Origin: a virus
Taxonomy: Duplodnaviria; Caudoviricetes
Virus record (IMG/VR): IMGVR_UViG_3300048861_000178
Location: 192,001 to 256,000 of that record
Length of the DNA: 64,000 nucleotides
Direction: 5' to 3' (one strand)
This document shows positions 38,920-47,135 of this stretch, piece by piece. The notes beneath the pieces are model-generated. The model was given only the letters and a program-made list of their open reading frames with translations. It was not told the origin of the DNA and searched no databases. The position numbers were made by a program, and so were the translations under genes. The number at the start of each line of letters is the position of its first letter. Within the stretch, counting starts at the first letter, position 1.

Positions 38920-39509
38920 GTGGTTTTAAAGCAGATAGCGCATGGCGCAATCCCAAAGACGTTGCAGACCCGAACGTGTTCACCAACGATGACATGGAAG
39001 TCGTCGCCGGGGCTTTCGAGGCAGCCATTAAAACCGTGCTGGAGCAATACCTGGACGAGGCGCTCAAGGAAAAGCTCCTGTTGTTTATCAACAACATCGT
39101 GGTGCAAGAAAAACCCTGGGTCTGGGTCTCACCCGAAGGGCCGAACCACCTCGACAATCTCTTCATGGTCGATGAGTTCACTCGCGACTTTATCATGCTG
39201 CTCACTTTCACCTTTTTTGCCCGCTGGGGCGAGGGAAAAGTAAAATTTACTGGCCTGATAGATACATTGAGCTGGGGATGTTCAGCCGATGAAGACGAAG
39301 AGGACAAAGGTTACGTGCTAATGTCGAAAGACCTTAGCGCACGTCTATCACCGACTGATGCTGTAAAAAAATACCTCAGAGCCAATAAGTGGGTCGTCGT
39401 GGCGATGCTAATCAAGCTATTCGTCAAACCGACCAACGGCCAAATGCCGGAGACCCGCGGGTCGATGGCGAGTCAAATATTTCACGGGGCGCCAGGTCAA
39501 CAACAATAA
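38916..39509 (+). CDS. Conserved hypothetical protein
   Basis: GTGA overlap, GGAG upstream; FFARWG. Confidence 0.65.
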   Translation: MSGFKADSAWRNPKDVADPNVFTNDDMEVVAGAFEAAIKTVLEQYLDEALKEKLLLFINNIVVQEKPWVWVSPEGPNHLDNLFMVDEFTRDFIMLLTFTFFARWGEGKVKFTGLIDTLSWGCSADEDEEDKGYVLMSKDLSARLSPTDAVKKYLRANKWVVVAMLIKLFVKPTNGQMPETRGSMASQIFHGAPGQQQ

Positions 39510-39524
39510 GCCTGGCAGGAATGA

Positions 39525-40253
39525 ATGGATCAATCAGCGGTTGCCGTCGTATACGCTGAGCTTGATGCTCTGCTCGATACGCGGCTCGGGACCCTGGCAC
39601 GCATGGGCGACCATGTAGCCGAAGCTGTATTGTTGTCCGGGAGTTATCATAAACGCGACTGCGACGTGTTCGCAGACGTGGATATGCAGGTCTACCGTGA
39701 CCTGTACTCCAAGCGCGACGTAGAGACATTAAAGTTCTCACGCGCGACTAAAGCGGTGTTCCTCCTGAATTCGCTAGTGCGTTATCTGAAGGAACAGGCG
39801 ACTGTACGCCCGTATCACGAGAGTGCAAAAGTCGTCATTAATACGTTCCCTTACGTGCTGAGCGTCGAAGAAGAAGCTGAGTTGGGCAAGGTCATTGCGA
39901 CCTGGATTTCAGGGCTCGCACCGGTTGAGCTCGTACATATGCGCCCACAAGAGCTTTCTCCTCTGTACGTTAGACAGCAGTCGTATTCGAGCTTGTTGAT
40001 GTACGAGTACGATCCTTGGATGAGTCTGCATTTTGGACCCACATCGAAGCAAGCAACGCCTATCCAAGATGTCTCAATATTCGCGCCAGCGATATTCTTC
40101 GCGGATAAGCCAAGCGACAAAGAGTTGCAGCAAGTCATCAAGCGCGCAGCCCATCCACTGCAAGCTGTAGAGATCCTGGGACGGTCGCTCGTCGGCCTGA
40201 ACTTGATCGATGTCGAATACTTCAGCATAATTCGACCTTCCGAACCGGCATAA
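39525..40253 (+). CDS. Conserved phiKZ-family hypothetical protein
   Basis: YAELDALLDTRLGTL, INTFPY motifs. Confidence 0.7.
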   Translation: MDQSAVAVVYAELDALLDTRLGTLARMGDHVAEAVLLSGSYHKRDCDVFADVDMQVYRDLYSKRDVETLKFSRATKAVFLLNSLVRYLKEQATVRPYHESAKVVINTFPYVLSVEEEAELGKVIATWISGLAPVELVHMRPQELSPLYVRQQSYSSLLMYEYDPWMSLHFGPTSKQATPIQDVSIFAPAIFFADKPSDKELQQVIKRAAHPLQAVEILGRSLVGLNLIDVEYFSIIRPSEPA

Positions 40254-40303
40254 ACGCCCCGCACCCCTCGACCCCACTTCTGGAGCGGTCGAGGCGGGTG
40301 CGG
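40246..40303 (-). terminator. Hairpin with TTATGCCG on the minus strand
   Basis: CGGCATAA then CCGCACCC-CTCGACC...GGTCGAG-GGGTGCGG between convergent genes. Confidence 0.65.
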
Positions 40304-40333
40304 AGCACAGTCACGGTTTGGAGCGGGTTTCCG

Positions 40334-40780
40334 TTAGTCTGCACCGTCCACCGGTGCAAACTGAGCGTGGAACGAATCGAAGTCTTGCTGAATCGGCGTA
40401 GTGGCAACTTCCCCATCCACCAGGACGGGGTCGGGTACATCGCTTCCGAGCTTCGGAACCTCCCTTGGAACAGGTTCAGCAGCTTGGAAGTTATGACCGC
40501 CGCTGCCCATCTGACGCAAGATCTCCGCGATGTTCGCTGCCATGCCTTCCTGATTCATGACTTGCTGCTCTTCCACGCGCAGCTTCATCTTGCCGAGCGC
40601 CTGGCGGTCCATGCCGTCGAGCACCTGGGAGATGGTGCCCACGATTTTGGGGTCGGCGAGGTTTTCCAGATTCTTAGCGAGCACGCCAACAATCTGCTTA
40701 CGCATTCCTTGGGTATAGTCGAGTACGGCCTCATCCGCATCGGCGGGCCCCACGACTTCGACTTCCTGATGTGCAGACAT
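40334..40780 (-). CDS. Hypothetical protein
   Basis: AAGGA RBS on the minus strand; 148 aa. Confidence 0.7.
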   Translation of the reverse strand: MSAHQEVEVVGPADADEAVLDYTQGMRKQIVGVLAKNLENLADPKIVGTISQVLDGMDRQALGKMKLRVEEQQVMNQEGMAANIAEILRQMGSGGHNFQAAEPVPREVPKLGSDVPDPVLVDGEVATTPIQQDFDSFHAQFAPVDGAD

Positions 40781-40806
40781 GGTCGTATCCTTAAAAAACT
40801 CAGCGA

Positions 40807-40814
40807 TATATTAC
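40807..40814 (+). promoter_or_regulatory. Putative phiKZ-type early promoter (TATATTAC)
   Basis: Exact TATATTAC in an AT-rich intergenic region about 30 nt upstream of the HNH gene; matches the published phiKZ early motif. Confidence 0.55.
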
Positions 40815-40841
40815 TACTTACAATGGCTCTGGGTATTAACT

Positions 40842-41396
40842 ATGTTGAAGCATGAAGCTAAGATAAAAATCGTTCAGGATAGCGGATTAAATCCAGCAGA
40901 TACTGAAGCGTGGTTTGGCAAGTATCAGAAGCAACGCACCAATGCTACCGCTCGGGGCATGGTAGCGGAACTTTCGTTTCAAGAGTACATTACCAAAGCA
41001 GTCGAGGCTGGTTTGACTAACCCCGAAAGTATCGGATGCGGCAACGGACAGTTTGTGTTAGGTCGACACGGCGACGTAGGCAATTACGGTGTTGAGAACT
41101 GTCGGTTCATTACGACGGCACAGAATCGAATAGACGCAATTGAGAGTGGCGCTTACCACAGAGCATCGAAGACACTAACAGGCCGTACGAAAGAAAATCA
41201 TCCTGGCAAGGCAGCACAGGCAGAAAAGCTTGCTAAAGACTTTGTCCTCGTCGACCCTAACGGAATCGAGCATCGCGGTAGTAACGTCAAAGAATTCTGC
41301 AACCGGAACGACCTCAACGTTTTCTGCATCTACGACGTGTTCGCAGGTAGACGACAGCATCACAAAGGCTGGACTGGTCGCTACGAAAATAAGTAA
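40842..41396 (+). CDS. Free-standing HNH homing-endonuclease-like protein
   Basis: Y..QR.NA..RG....LSF.EY; GRHGDVGNYGVENCRFIT..QN; C-terminal NUMOD-like DPNG...KEFC....L...HKGW; AT-richer codons. Confidence 0.7.
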   Translation: MLKHEAKIKIVQDSGLNPADTEAWFGKYQKQRTNATARGMVAELSFQEYITKAVEAGLTNPESIGCGNGQFVLGRHGDVGNYGVENCRFITTAQNRIDAIESGAYHRASKTLTGRTKENHPGKAAQAEKLAKDFVLVDPNGIEHRGSNVKEFCNRNDLNVFCIYDVFAGRRQHHKGWTGRYENK

Positions 41397-41495
41397 CAAG
41401 GTGTCCTTATCCAATGCCCCTATGCTCGACGGGGGCTGGAGTCATAGTATCGGTCAAAAGGCACCGTAAATAGGCGAATTTACAAAGAGGGCGTT

Positions 41496-42056
41496 ATGTT
41501 CGTTGATCGCTGGAAGAACTGGGTGATGCGGGTCAGCCAGGGGCTGCGTGACCATAACACGCGCGCGCAGTATGAAGCACTCAAGAGGCGGCTTAAGGAG
41601 ATTCCGGAAAAGAAGCCGCATCGCCAGAGCTGCGAAGAAATTTTGACCCTGCTGGAACCGGACAAGTACATTGGCTATCAGCCGTACTATGCCAAGCAGG
41701 TGAAGCTCGGTGAAGACATCGCCAATCTGGAAGCGTTCACCAAACGCCTACTGGATACTTCGGCGATGGTATTGAAGGAAACGCCAATACCGCCTGGCTG
41801 GATGAAACCCGATGAAGTGCTGGTGCAGTTTGATCGGCTCTTTATCGCAAGTGGGGGCTACTACTTGGATGTCGCACAAAGCGTGCACAAGTTCAAGGTA
41901 GCGGGTCTGCGACTGTGTGAGCTGATGCGTGAATCAGACACCGCGACGCATGGCATCCACGAGCACAACTTTCGTATGCTGTCACGACTCTTTGTGCAGT
42001 TGCGGGAACTGAGCACCGCATTGGTGGAGGTGGGGCTCGAGCAGGGCAAGAAGTAA
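41496..42056 (+). CDS. Hypothetical protein
   Basis: GAGGG RBS, 186 aa. Confidence 0.7.
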   Translation: MFVDRWKNWVMRVSQGLRDHNTRAQYEALKRRLKEIPEKKPHRQSCEEILTLLEPDKYIGYQPYYAKQVKLGEDIANLEAFTKRLLDTSAMVLKETPIPPGWMKPDEVLVQFDRLFIASGGYYLDVAQSVHKFKVAGLRLCELMRESDTATHGIHEHNFRMLSRLFVQLRELSTALVEVGLEQGKK

Positions 42057-42106
42057 AACAAGGCGCAGGACTTAATAGCGATTTACAATTGAAACGCGAG
42101 GTACAA

Positions 42107-42532
42107 ATGGCAAAGAATCAGATGGCGAACATCCTCGCCAAAACCGACAAGGACGTAGGCGGCACATACGGTCCGAACGGGGTGCTCTCTCGCCTCTTCC
42201 GGAAGCTCTTGCTGACCATGAACGTCAATGAGAACCGGTGGAACATCCTAATGCATGCGTTCCTGAACGATCCGCGTAACGGCGTACCCAATACGCGTAA
42301 GGATCAGACCAGCATGCGGGGGAATTTGACGAAGGAATTCGCCCGGCCGCAGATGACGTGGAAAGTGTTCTGCAAGGCCATGATGTTCATGCAGTTTGTT
42401 CACTTCGAGGTGTGCATCATCGCGCGCGACAAACACGGGCGTGAAATTGCGTTTAGCACAGATGTGAATCTGGGCGACCGCACGGTGCCTACTCAGACGT
42501 TGACTGACAACACACCTAAGGGAGACGAATGA
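42107..42532 (+). CDS. Conserved phiKZ-family hypothetical protein
   Basis: GAGG RBS; LSRLFR...RGNLTKE...MTWKVF motif. Confidence 0.7.
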   Translation: MAKNQMANILAKTDKDVGGTYGPNGVLSRLFRKLLLTMNVNENRWNILMHAFLNDPRNGVPNTRKDQTSMRGNLTKEFARPQMTWKVFCKAMMFMQFVHFEVCIIARDKHGREIAFSTDVNLGDRTVPTQTLTDNTPKGDE

Positions 42533-42595
42533 GCCATCTTCGTTCCCGAGTGCTGTCAGCTCGGGTTGAACTAATCGAGCGCGAGGATAGAAGGA

Positions 42596-43309
42596 ATGTT
42601 CAATGATCGTGAACGCAAGGGAAGAGTGCGTTTCCCGAACATTAGTGACGAACGCCGTCGAGAAGCGTCCCAGGAAAAGTCGGGCGCTGAGGCAAACGCA
42701 CAAGACAATACAAGGACGGGAGCCAAACCCGCGGAGAAAGTCATGCAAGCAGTAACGGAGGAAGTGCAGGTGCCGGTGCATCCGCTCGTTCTGGAAGATG
42801 GCAACACGCATATCAACATCGATGCGTTTGCGCAGACTGAATTGGGCCGCATGCTGGTGCATCAGTTCGCGTCAAAGTTCGAGCACCCGCAGTTCGGGCG
42901 CTTTCGTTCAGTCGAGGGATTCTGGGGCTATGTGCGTGATACAACGCGCGATGACCGCTGGCGTTACGTCTCCGGCATGACGGCCAAGCGCGAGACGCGC
43001 AACTTGGGGGTGCGCTGGATCGCCAATTTTCACCAGATCATTATGGAGGCGAACTACTTCAAGATCGAGCAGAATGACCATCTCAAAGCGCTCTTTGTGG
43101 CTTCTGAGTTGCCGTTCGATCACTACTACATCTTTCGTGGTAAGGAAGCCAGCGCCAACGACCCCGGTTTCCCGATTCGTCCTCAGATTGCTCCCTGGTT
43201 CACCCGCGGCATGGAGAGCATTCGCACGATGATGAAGGAAGGGCGTCGTCCGGATAAACCCGACTACAGCGACGTGTTCAATCCCAATCCGGAACGGAAC
43301 GGGCACTAA
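42596..43309 (+). CDS. Conserved phage protein with NADAR/T4 gp30.3-like motifs
   Basis: HINI....TELGRML...F.HP.FG.F.SVEGFW; LPFDHYY. Confidence 0.5.
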   Translation: MFNDRERKGRVRFPNISDERRREASQEKSGAEANAQDNTRTGAKPAEKVMQAVTEEVQVPVHPLVLEDGNTHINIDAFAQTELGRMLVHQFASKFEHPQFGRFRSVEGFWGYVRDTTRDDRWRYVSGMTAKRETRNLGVRWIANFHQIIMEANYFKIEQNDHLKALFVASELPFDHYYIFRGKEASANDPGFPIRPQIAPWFTRGMESIRTMMKEGRRPDKPDYSDVFNPNPERNGH

Positions 43310-43331
43310 CGCAGTTCGCGTTGTATCGCTC

Positions 43332-43375
43332 GGGGAGGCTTCGGCCTCCCCTATGCCCCTTCTTCTTTTTTTTTT
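43332..43375 (+). terminator. Hairpin followed by TATGCCC and a T-tract
   Basis: GGGGAGGC-TTCG-GCCTCCCC-TATGCCC...TTTTTTTTTT. Confidence 0.8.
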
Positions 43376-43390
43376 GTTTCGAGGACCACC

Positions 43391-44917
43391 ATGCCGTCTA
43401 TTACCGATGCGGTTCAGAGCGCTACTAACGCTGTGGCTGCGAGCACCAGCACGGCACTGACGGGTGTCAATGGTGCGATGTCTGCGCAGCAAGCTGCACT
43501 GGCGCAAAATGCCTGGGTCGGCTCAGCGGATAACGCGCTGGCTACCGCGGACGTCTACAACCCCCCTGGTGGCAATGCCATCATCACGGACGTCCAGAAT
43601 CTGTTTCAGAAGTTTGACTTCTCCATCTCTGACGTGTTGCGGGGCGGGAAGTTTATCGCCCAGGAAGCGGGGGCGGTGATGGCAGGCCTGCGAACGGGCT
43701 TGCGGGTGGCTGGGCAGATTCAGCGCGGTGTCACCATGCTGCAAAAGGGTGACATCATGGCGCGTATCCTCGGTGCCTCGCTGGTCACCAAGGGCGCTCT
43801 TAATGCGCTTGGCCTCGCAGGGCTGGATAATATCGCCGGGTCGATCAATGCTGGAATTGGGGCTGCCCAAGGTGCCGTGGGTCAAGCGGTCGGTCAGGTG
43901 GGTACGCAGATCTACGCCGAACTCGGTGGTGTGATGCAGCAGGTCGATCAGGCCTATGCGGGCGGTATGCAGGCGCTCGGGGAATGCATTAACTCGCTTG
44001 GCATCAGTGCGAACTTCAATATCAATGACGTCGGGGTGAAGGTCGGTCTGTATGCTGGCCTGATTCAAACCTCGTGCGGCTATGGGATTCCCAATTCGTT
44101 CGGCTCGCTCACTGCAGCCATTACGGATCGTGGCATGCTCGCGCAGATTACCGCGAGGGTCTTGCCTTCGGTGATTGCCAGTGGTGACGTGCACAGCCTG
44201 ATGTCGATTGGTGCGACCCTGGGCGCGCGCGGCGCCTACGCCTACAATCCGAACATCCTGGCGGACTTCAGTTCCTCGTACTACCTGCCCCCGCCCTCGT
44301 CCAATACGAATCAGGTGGATTACGCAGACTGCTTTAGCAACTTGACCAGCGCCTACAGTAGTGTTGATCCGGAGTGGGCGACGCTGAATCGGGAAACCAC
44401 CATTACCGATGCTGATGGTAATGACGTGACGCAAAACGATCCGGCGTTTAATCTGAATGCGATCACCAATGGCTCGGATGACTTTAAGAAGGTGATCCAG
44501 CAGGGTGTGACCAGTACTACGGATCGCACCAATAACGTGATGGCTTTGGCTGGGGTGGTGCAGCAATCTACCGTGGCGGACAAGCTGGCTTCGCAGTTCC
44601 CGATGACCGTGTTTGGGGGCAACAGTCAGTCGGCCTCCACGCAAGATCCGCTGGCACTGGCTTCGGGGGCTCAACCGATCACGGTACCGTCCGGTTACTC
44701 GAACGTCTCGCCCAATACGGGACAAACGGTCAACCCGGCGCCGGACCCGAAGACGATCAATCCGGATACGGGTCGCGCTTACGACCTGAGCGATCCGGGT
44801 GTCAAGACCGAGAACGGCATCAACGTGTGGCCCAATGGTCACTGGCAGATTGGGGGTACCTACACGAACAAGGATACCGGCCAAAGCTACGTGGCTAAGA
44901 GCATTACGTTCGACTAA
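43391..44917 (+). CDS. Probable virion structural protein
   Basis: GAGGA RBS; Ala/Gly-rich; LATADVY motif; next to the tail module. Confidence 0.55.
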   Translation: MPSITDAVQSATNAVAASTSTALTGVNGAMSAQQAALAQNAWVGSADNALATADVYNPPGGNAIITDVQNLFQKFDFSISDVLRGGKFIAQEAGAVMAGLRTGLRVAGQIQRGVTMLQKGDIMARILGASLVTKGALNALGLAGLDNIAGSINAGIGAAQGAVGQAVGQVGTQIYAELGGVMQQVDQAYAGGMQALGECINSLGISANFNINDVGVKVGLYAGLIQTSCGYGIPNSFGSLTAAITDRGMLAQITARVLPSVIASGDVHSLMSIGATLGARGAYAYNPNILADFSSSYYLPPPSSNTNQVDYADCFSNLTSAYSSVDPEWATLNRETTITDADGNDVTQNDPAFNLNAITNGSDDFKKVIQQGVTSTTDRTNNVMALAGVVQQSTVADKLASQFPMTVFGGNSQSASTQDPLALASGAQPITVPSGYSNVSPNTGQTVNPAPDPKTINPDTGRAYDLSDPGVKTENGINVWPNGHWQIGGTYTNKDTGQSYVAKSITFD

Positions 44918-44936
44918 GCTTGAATGCCTGTTTTAA

Positions 44937-44974
44937 CGTCATAAGGGCCAGGGTTTCCCCTGGCCTCTATGCCG
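44937..44974. terminator. Bidirectional element CGTCATAA-hairpin-CTATGCCG
   Basis: GGCCAGGG-TTTC-CCCTGGCC between convergent genes. Confidence 0.75.
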
Positions 44975-44978
44975 TCGA

Positions 44979-47090
44979 TTAGTTACGGACGGTGCGACCA
45001 AAGATCGCAGAGACTAAACTGCCCGGCAAGGTATCCCCGGCAAAGCTCGCAAAGTGTGCCGTGCTATACCAGGTCTTCCAGCTCGTCATGGCCCGAGTCA
45101 AGTTAAGCTTGAACTTGTTCATCGAATAGATCTGATCTGTGAGACCCATGCCTGACAACACCGCCATGTAGTCCGTGAAGGTATTGTCATCGTCGAACAT
45201 CGAGCCGATGGTTTGCGCGGCGTTGTTCAAAGCATCTGCCCCTGCACCAAGGGCACCGCCGATGGCACCCCCGAGTGCTGCCCCACCAATTGCCGTGAGC
45301 GGACCGCCACCTGCACCCACCACACCACCTGCAACGGCACCCAGCTCACTACCTGCTGCCGTGGCATTGGAGGAGAAGCCCTGACTGATCGGCATCGCGA
45401 GCACCGTGGACATGTCCATGAACGTAATGCTCACTTCAATGCCCATCGCGTGGCCCTTGTTGTTAAAGCCCGTGTTACCCGTACCGCGGGTAATCGACAA
45501 GCTCTCCACCATGGACAAACGTGACTGGCAACGACCCCGGTCAAAGATCTCACACAGGAACGGACTCGTGTAGGACTGCTTACCGGTCGCAATCGGCAAG
45601 GTCATGGCAAGCAGCATCGCCAGCGGCACGTAGAGATTGAGCAGCTGCGAGACACGATTGCCGTACGGGCTTACCAAGTTGATGGTGTAGCTCATACGGG
45701 GCAAGGACGCAGCGGACGACTGCCAGGAACGCGGGATGTCCACAAACGCTGCACCGCCCAGCGCGGCCAGACCCGACAAATGCAAGGAGTCCAAGCCACC
45801 CTTGATGAAATTGCCCACTGCACCGAAGGCGCCGGTGATCATGCTGCCAATTGCCCCACCGCCCAGGTTACCGTTCGCCAGGTCAAACTCAGCCGAGCGG
45901 GCCTGTGAGGAGATGCTATTGATCTTCTGCGCGATTTCCGATTCCTGAGCCTGACTGGAAAACGACTCACCCACCGGGCCGGTTGCATTGACCCGGAAGC
46001 CGACAAAAGCCGAGCCGTCATTGATCTCCGCACCAAGGAATTCAAAGAAGCCCGCATCGTAAGCCTGGTTGGGGGCCGTCGTACCACTGTCGTCGTTATT
46101 AAGCGACTCCGTAGTCGAACTATCGCCACCTTCCCCAGCGGCTTGGGGAATGGCCTGCGAGGAGCCCAGCCATTTCTTCAGGTAATCACTCCAGCCCGTG
46201 CCGCCATTGTCTTTCAAGGACTGGCTATAGGCCTTCTGCACCGCGCTCGTCAGATCGAGGTTATCGGCATTAAACGCCTGCTTCAGGTTGTTCTGATGCA
46301 AGGTGGCGAGCCGCTGCGCCCGGTTAGCCATCGCGTAGACGTTGATCGAACCGCCTTCGTTGATGATGTCAGGCAAAAGCTGATGCAGCTGCGTTTGGGC
46401 TTTGGCATCGAACTGGTAGCCTTCGCCCAGTTGCTGAGCAAGTGAGGTACCGCCAATGCGTGGCACAATCCCCATGTTCACCGCAATCTGGTTGACGATG
46501 GTTTGCACCGCATTCCAATACAACGGCATGGCGGGCTTCGAGTAGTAGAACTTGCTCGAGGGCTTTTGCAAGAAAAAGCGCGCCGCATTACCCAGCAGCG
46601 TCACGGCCAGCAACTTCCACGACAGGATCGAGACGACAAAGCCTGCGGCGCGACCCAGCTCATAAAACGCTGAGGGTGCGCGACCTGTGCGCGCCAGCGT
46701 GCCTGCGCTGGTGTTATAGAAACCGGTGAAGAAGGTCGTCAACGAATTGAACGACGGCAGACCACAACGGATATTGATGATCTGCGAGTTTGCCGCAATG
46801 GCTTCGCCGTAATAGCGACCATAGCCGGTATTCCCGGCCCGGTTGACCTGGTTAGGATTCCAGCTCCCGTTGGGCGCGCGGGGTTTCAGATCCGCGTTGC
46901 GGGTAAACTGCGGCGGCGGATTGATACACAAACTTCCACCAGGGCGGGTGTCCTGAAAGTCCAGACTCACCGGCGTGAAGATCCGGTTTTGCTGATCCAC
47001 CGGTTGCAGGTGAGACAGGTTCACCAGAAAAGACTGCCGTACCCACGAGGCGTCTTTTTCAAGATTATTCAGCGAGACTGTTGAAGCCAC
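44979..47090 (-). CDS. Baseplate/tail tip protein (phiKZ gp182-like)
   Basis: GGAG RBS plus GTG; INPPPQFTRNAD, GYGRYY, LVSPYGN, SYTSPF, SLSITRG. Confidence 0.65.
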   Translation of the reverse strand: MASTVSLNNLEKDASWVRQSFLVNLSHLQPVDQQNRIFTPVSLDFQDTRPGGSLCINPPPQFTRNADLKPRAPNGSWNPNQVNRAGNTGYGRYYGEAIAANSQIINIRCGLPSFNSLTTFFTGFYNTSAGTLARTGRAPSAFYELGRAAGFVVSILSWKLLAVTLLGNAARFFLQKPSSKFYYSKPAMPLYWNAVQTIVNQIAVNMGIVPRIGGTSLAQQLGEGYQFDAKAQTQLHQLLPDIINEGGSINVYAMANRAQRLATLHQNNLKQAFNADNLDLTSAVQKAYSQSLKDNGGTGWSDYLKKWLGSSQAIPQAAGEGGDSSTTESLNNDDSGTTAPNQAYDAGFFEFLGAEINDGSAFVGFRVNATGPVGESFSSQAQESEIAQKINSISSQARSAEFDLANGNLGGGAIGSMITGAFGAVGNFIKGGLDSLHLSGLAALGGAAFVDIPRSWQSSAASLPRMSYTINLVSPYGNRVSQLLNLYVPLAMLLAMTLPIATGKQSYTSPFLCEIFDRGRCQSRLSMVESLSITRGTGNTGFNNKGHAMGIEVSITFMDMSTVLAMPISQGFSSNATAAGSELGAVAGGVVGAGGGPLTAIGGAALGGAIGGALGAGADALNNAAQTIGSMFDDDNTFTDYMAVLSGMGLTDQIYSMNKFKLNLTRAMTSWKTWYSTAHFASFAGDTLPGSLVSAIFGRTVRN

Positions 47091-47101
47091 GGCTGCTCCT
47101 A

Positions 47102-47132
47102 CGAAATAAAGAGGGGAGCCGAAGCTCCCCTC
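47102..47132 (-). terminator. Hairpin followed on the minus strand by TTTATTTCG
   Basis: GAGGGGAGC-CGAA-GCTCCCCTC immediately after the tail protein stop. Confidence 0.65.
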
Positions 47133-47135
47133 GTG

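Noticed and set aside
39525-40253. HAD phosphatase call for the ELDALLD protein
   Set aside because: The first Asp of DxD is not present and other HAD motifs were not evident
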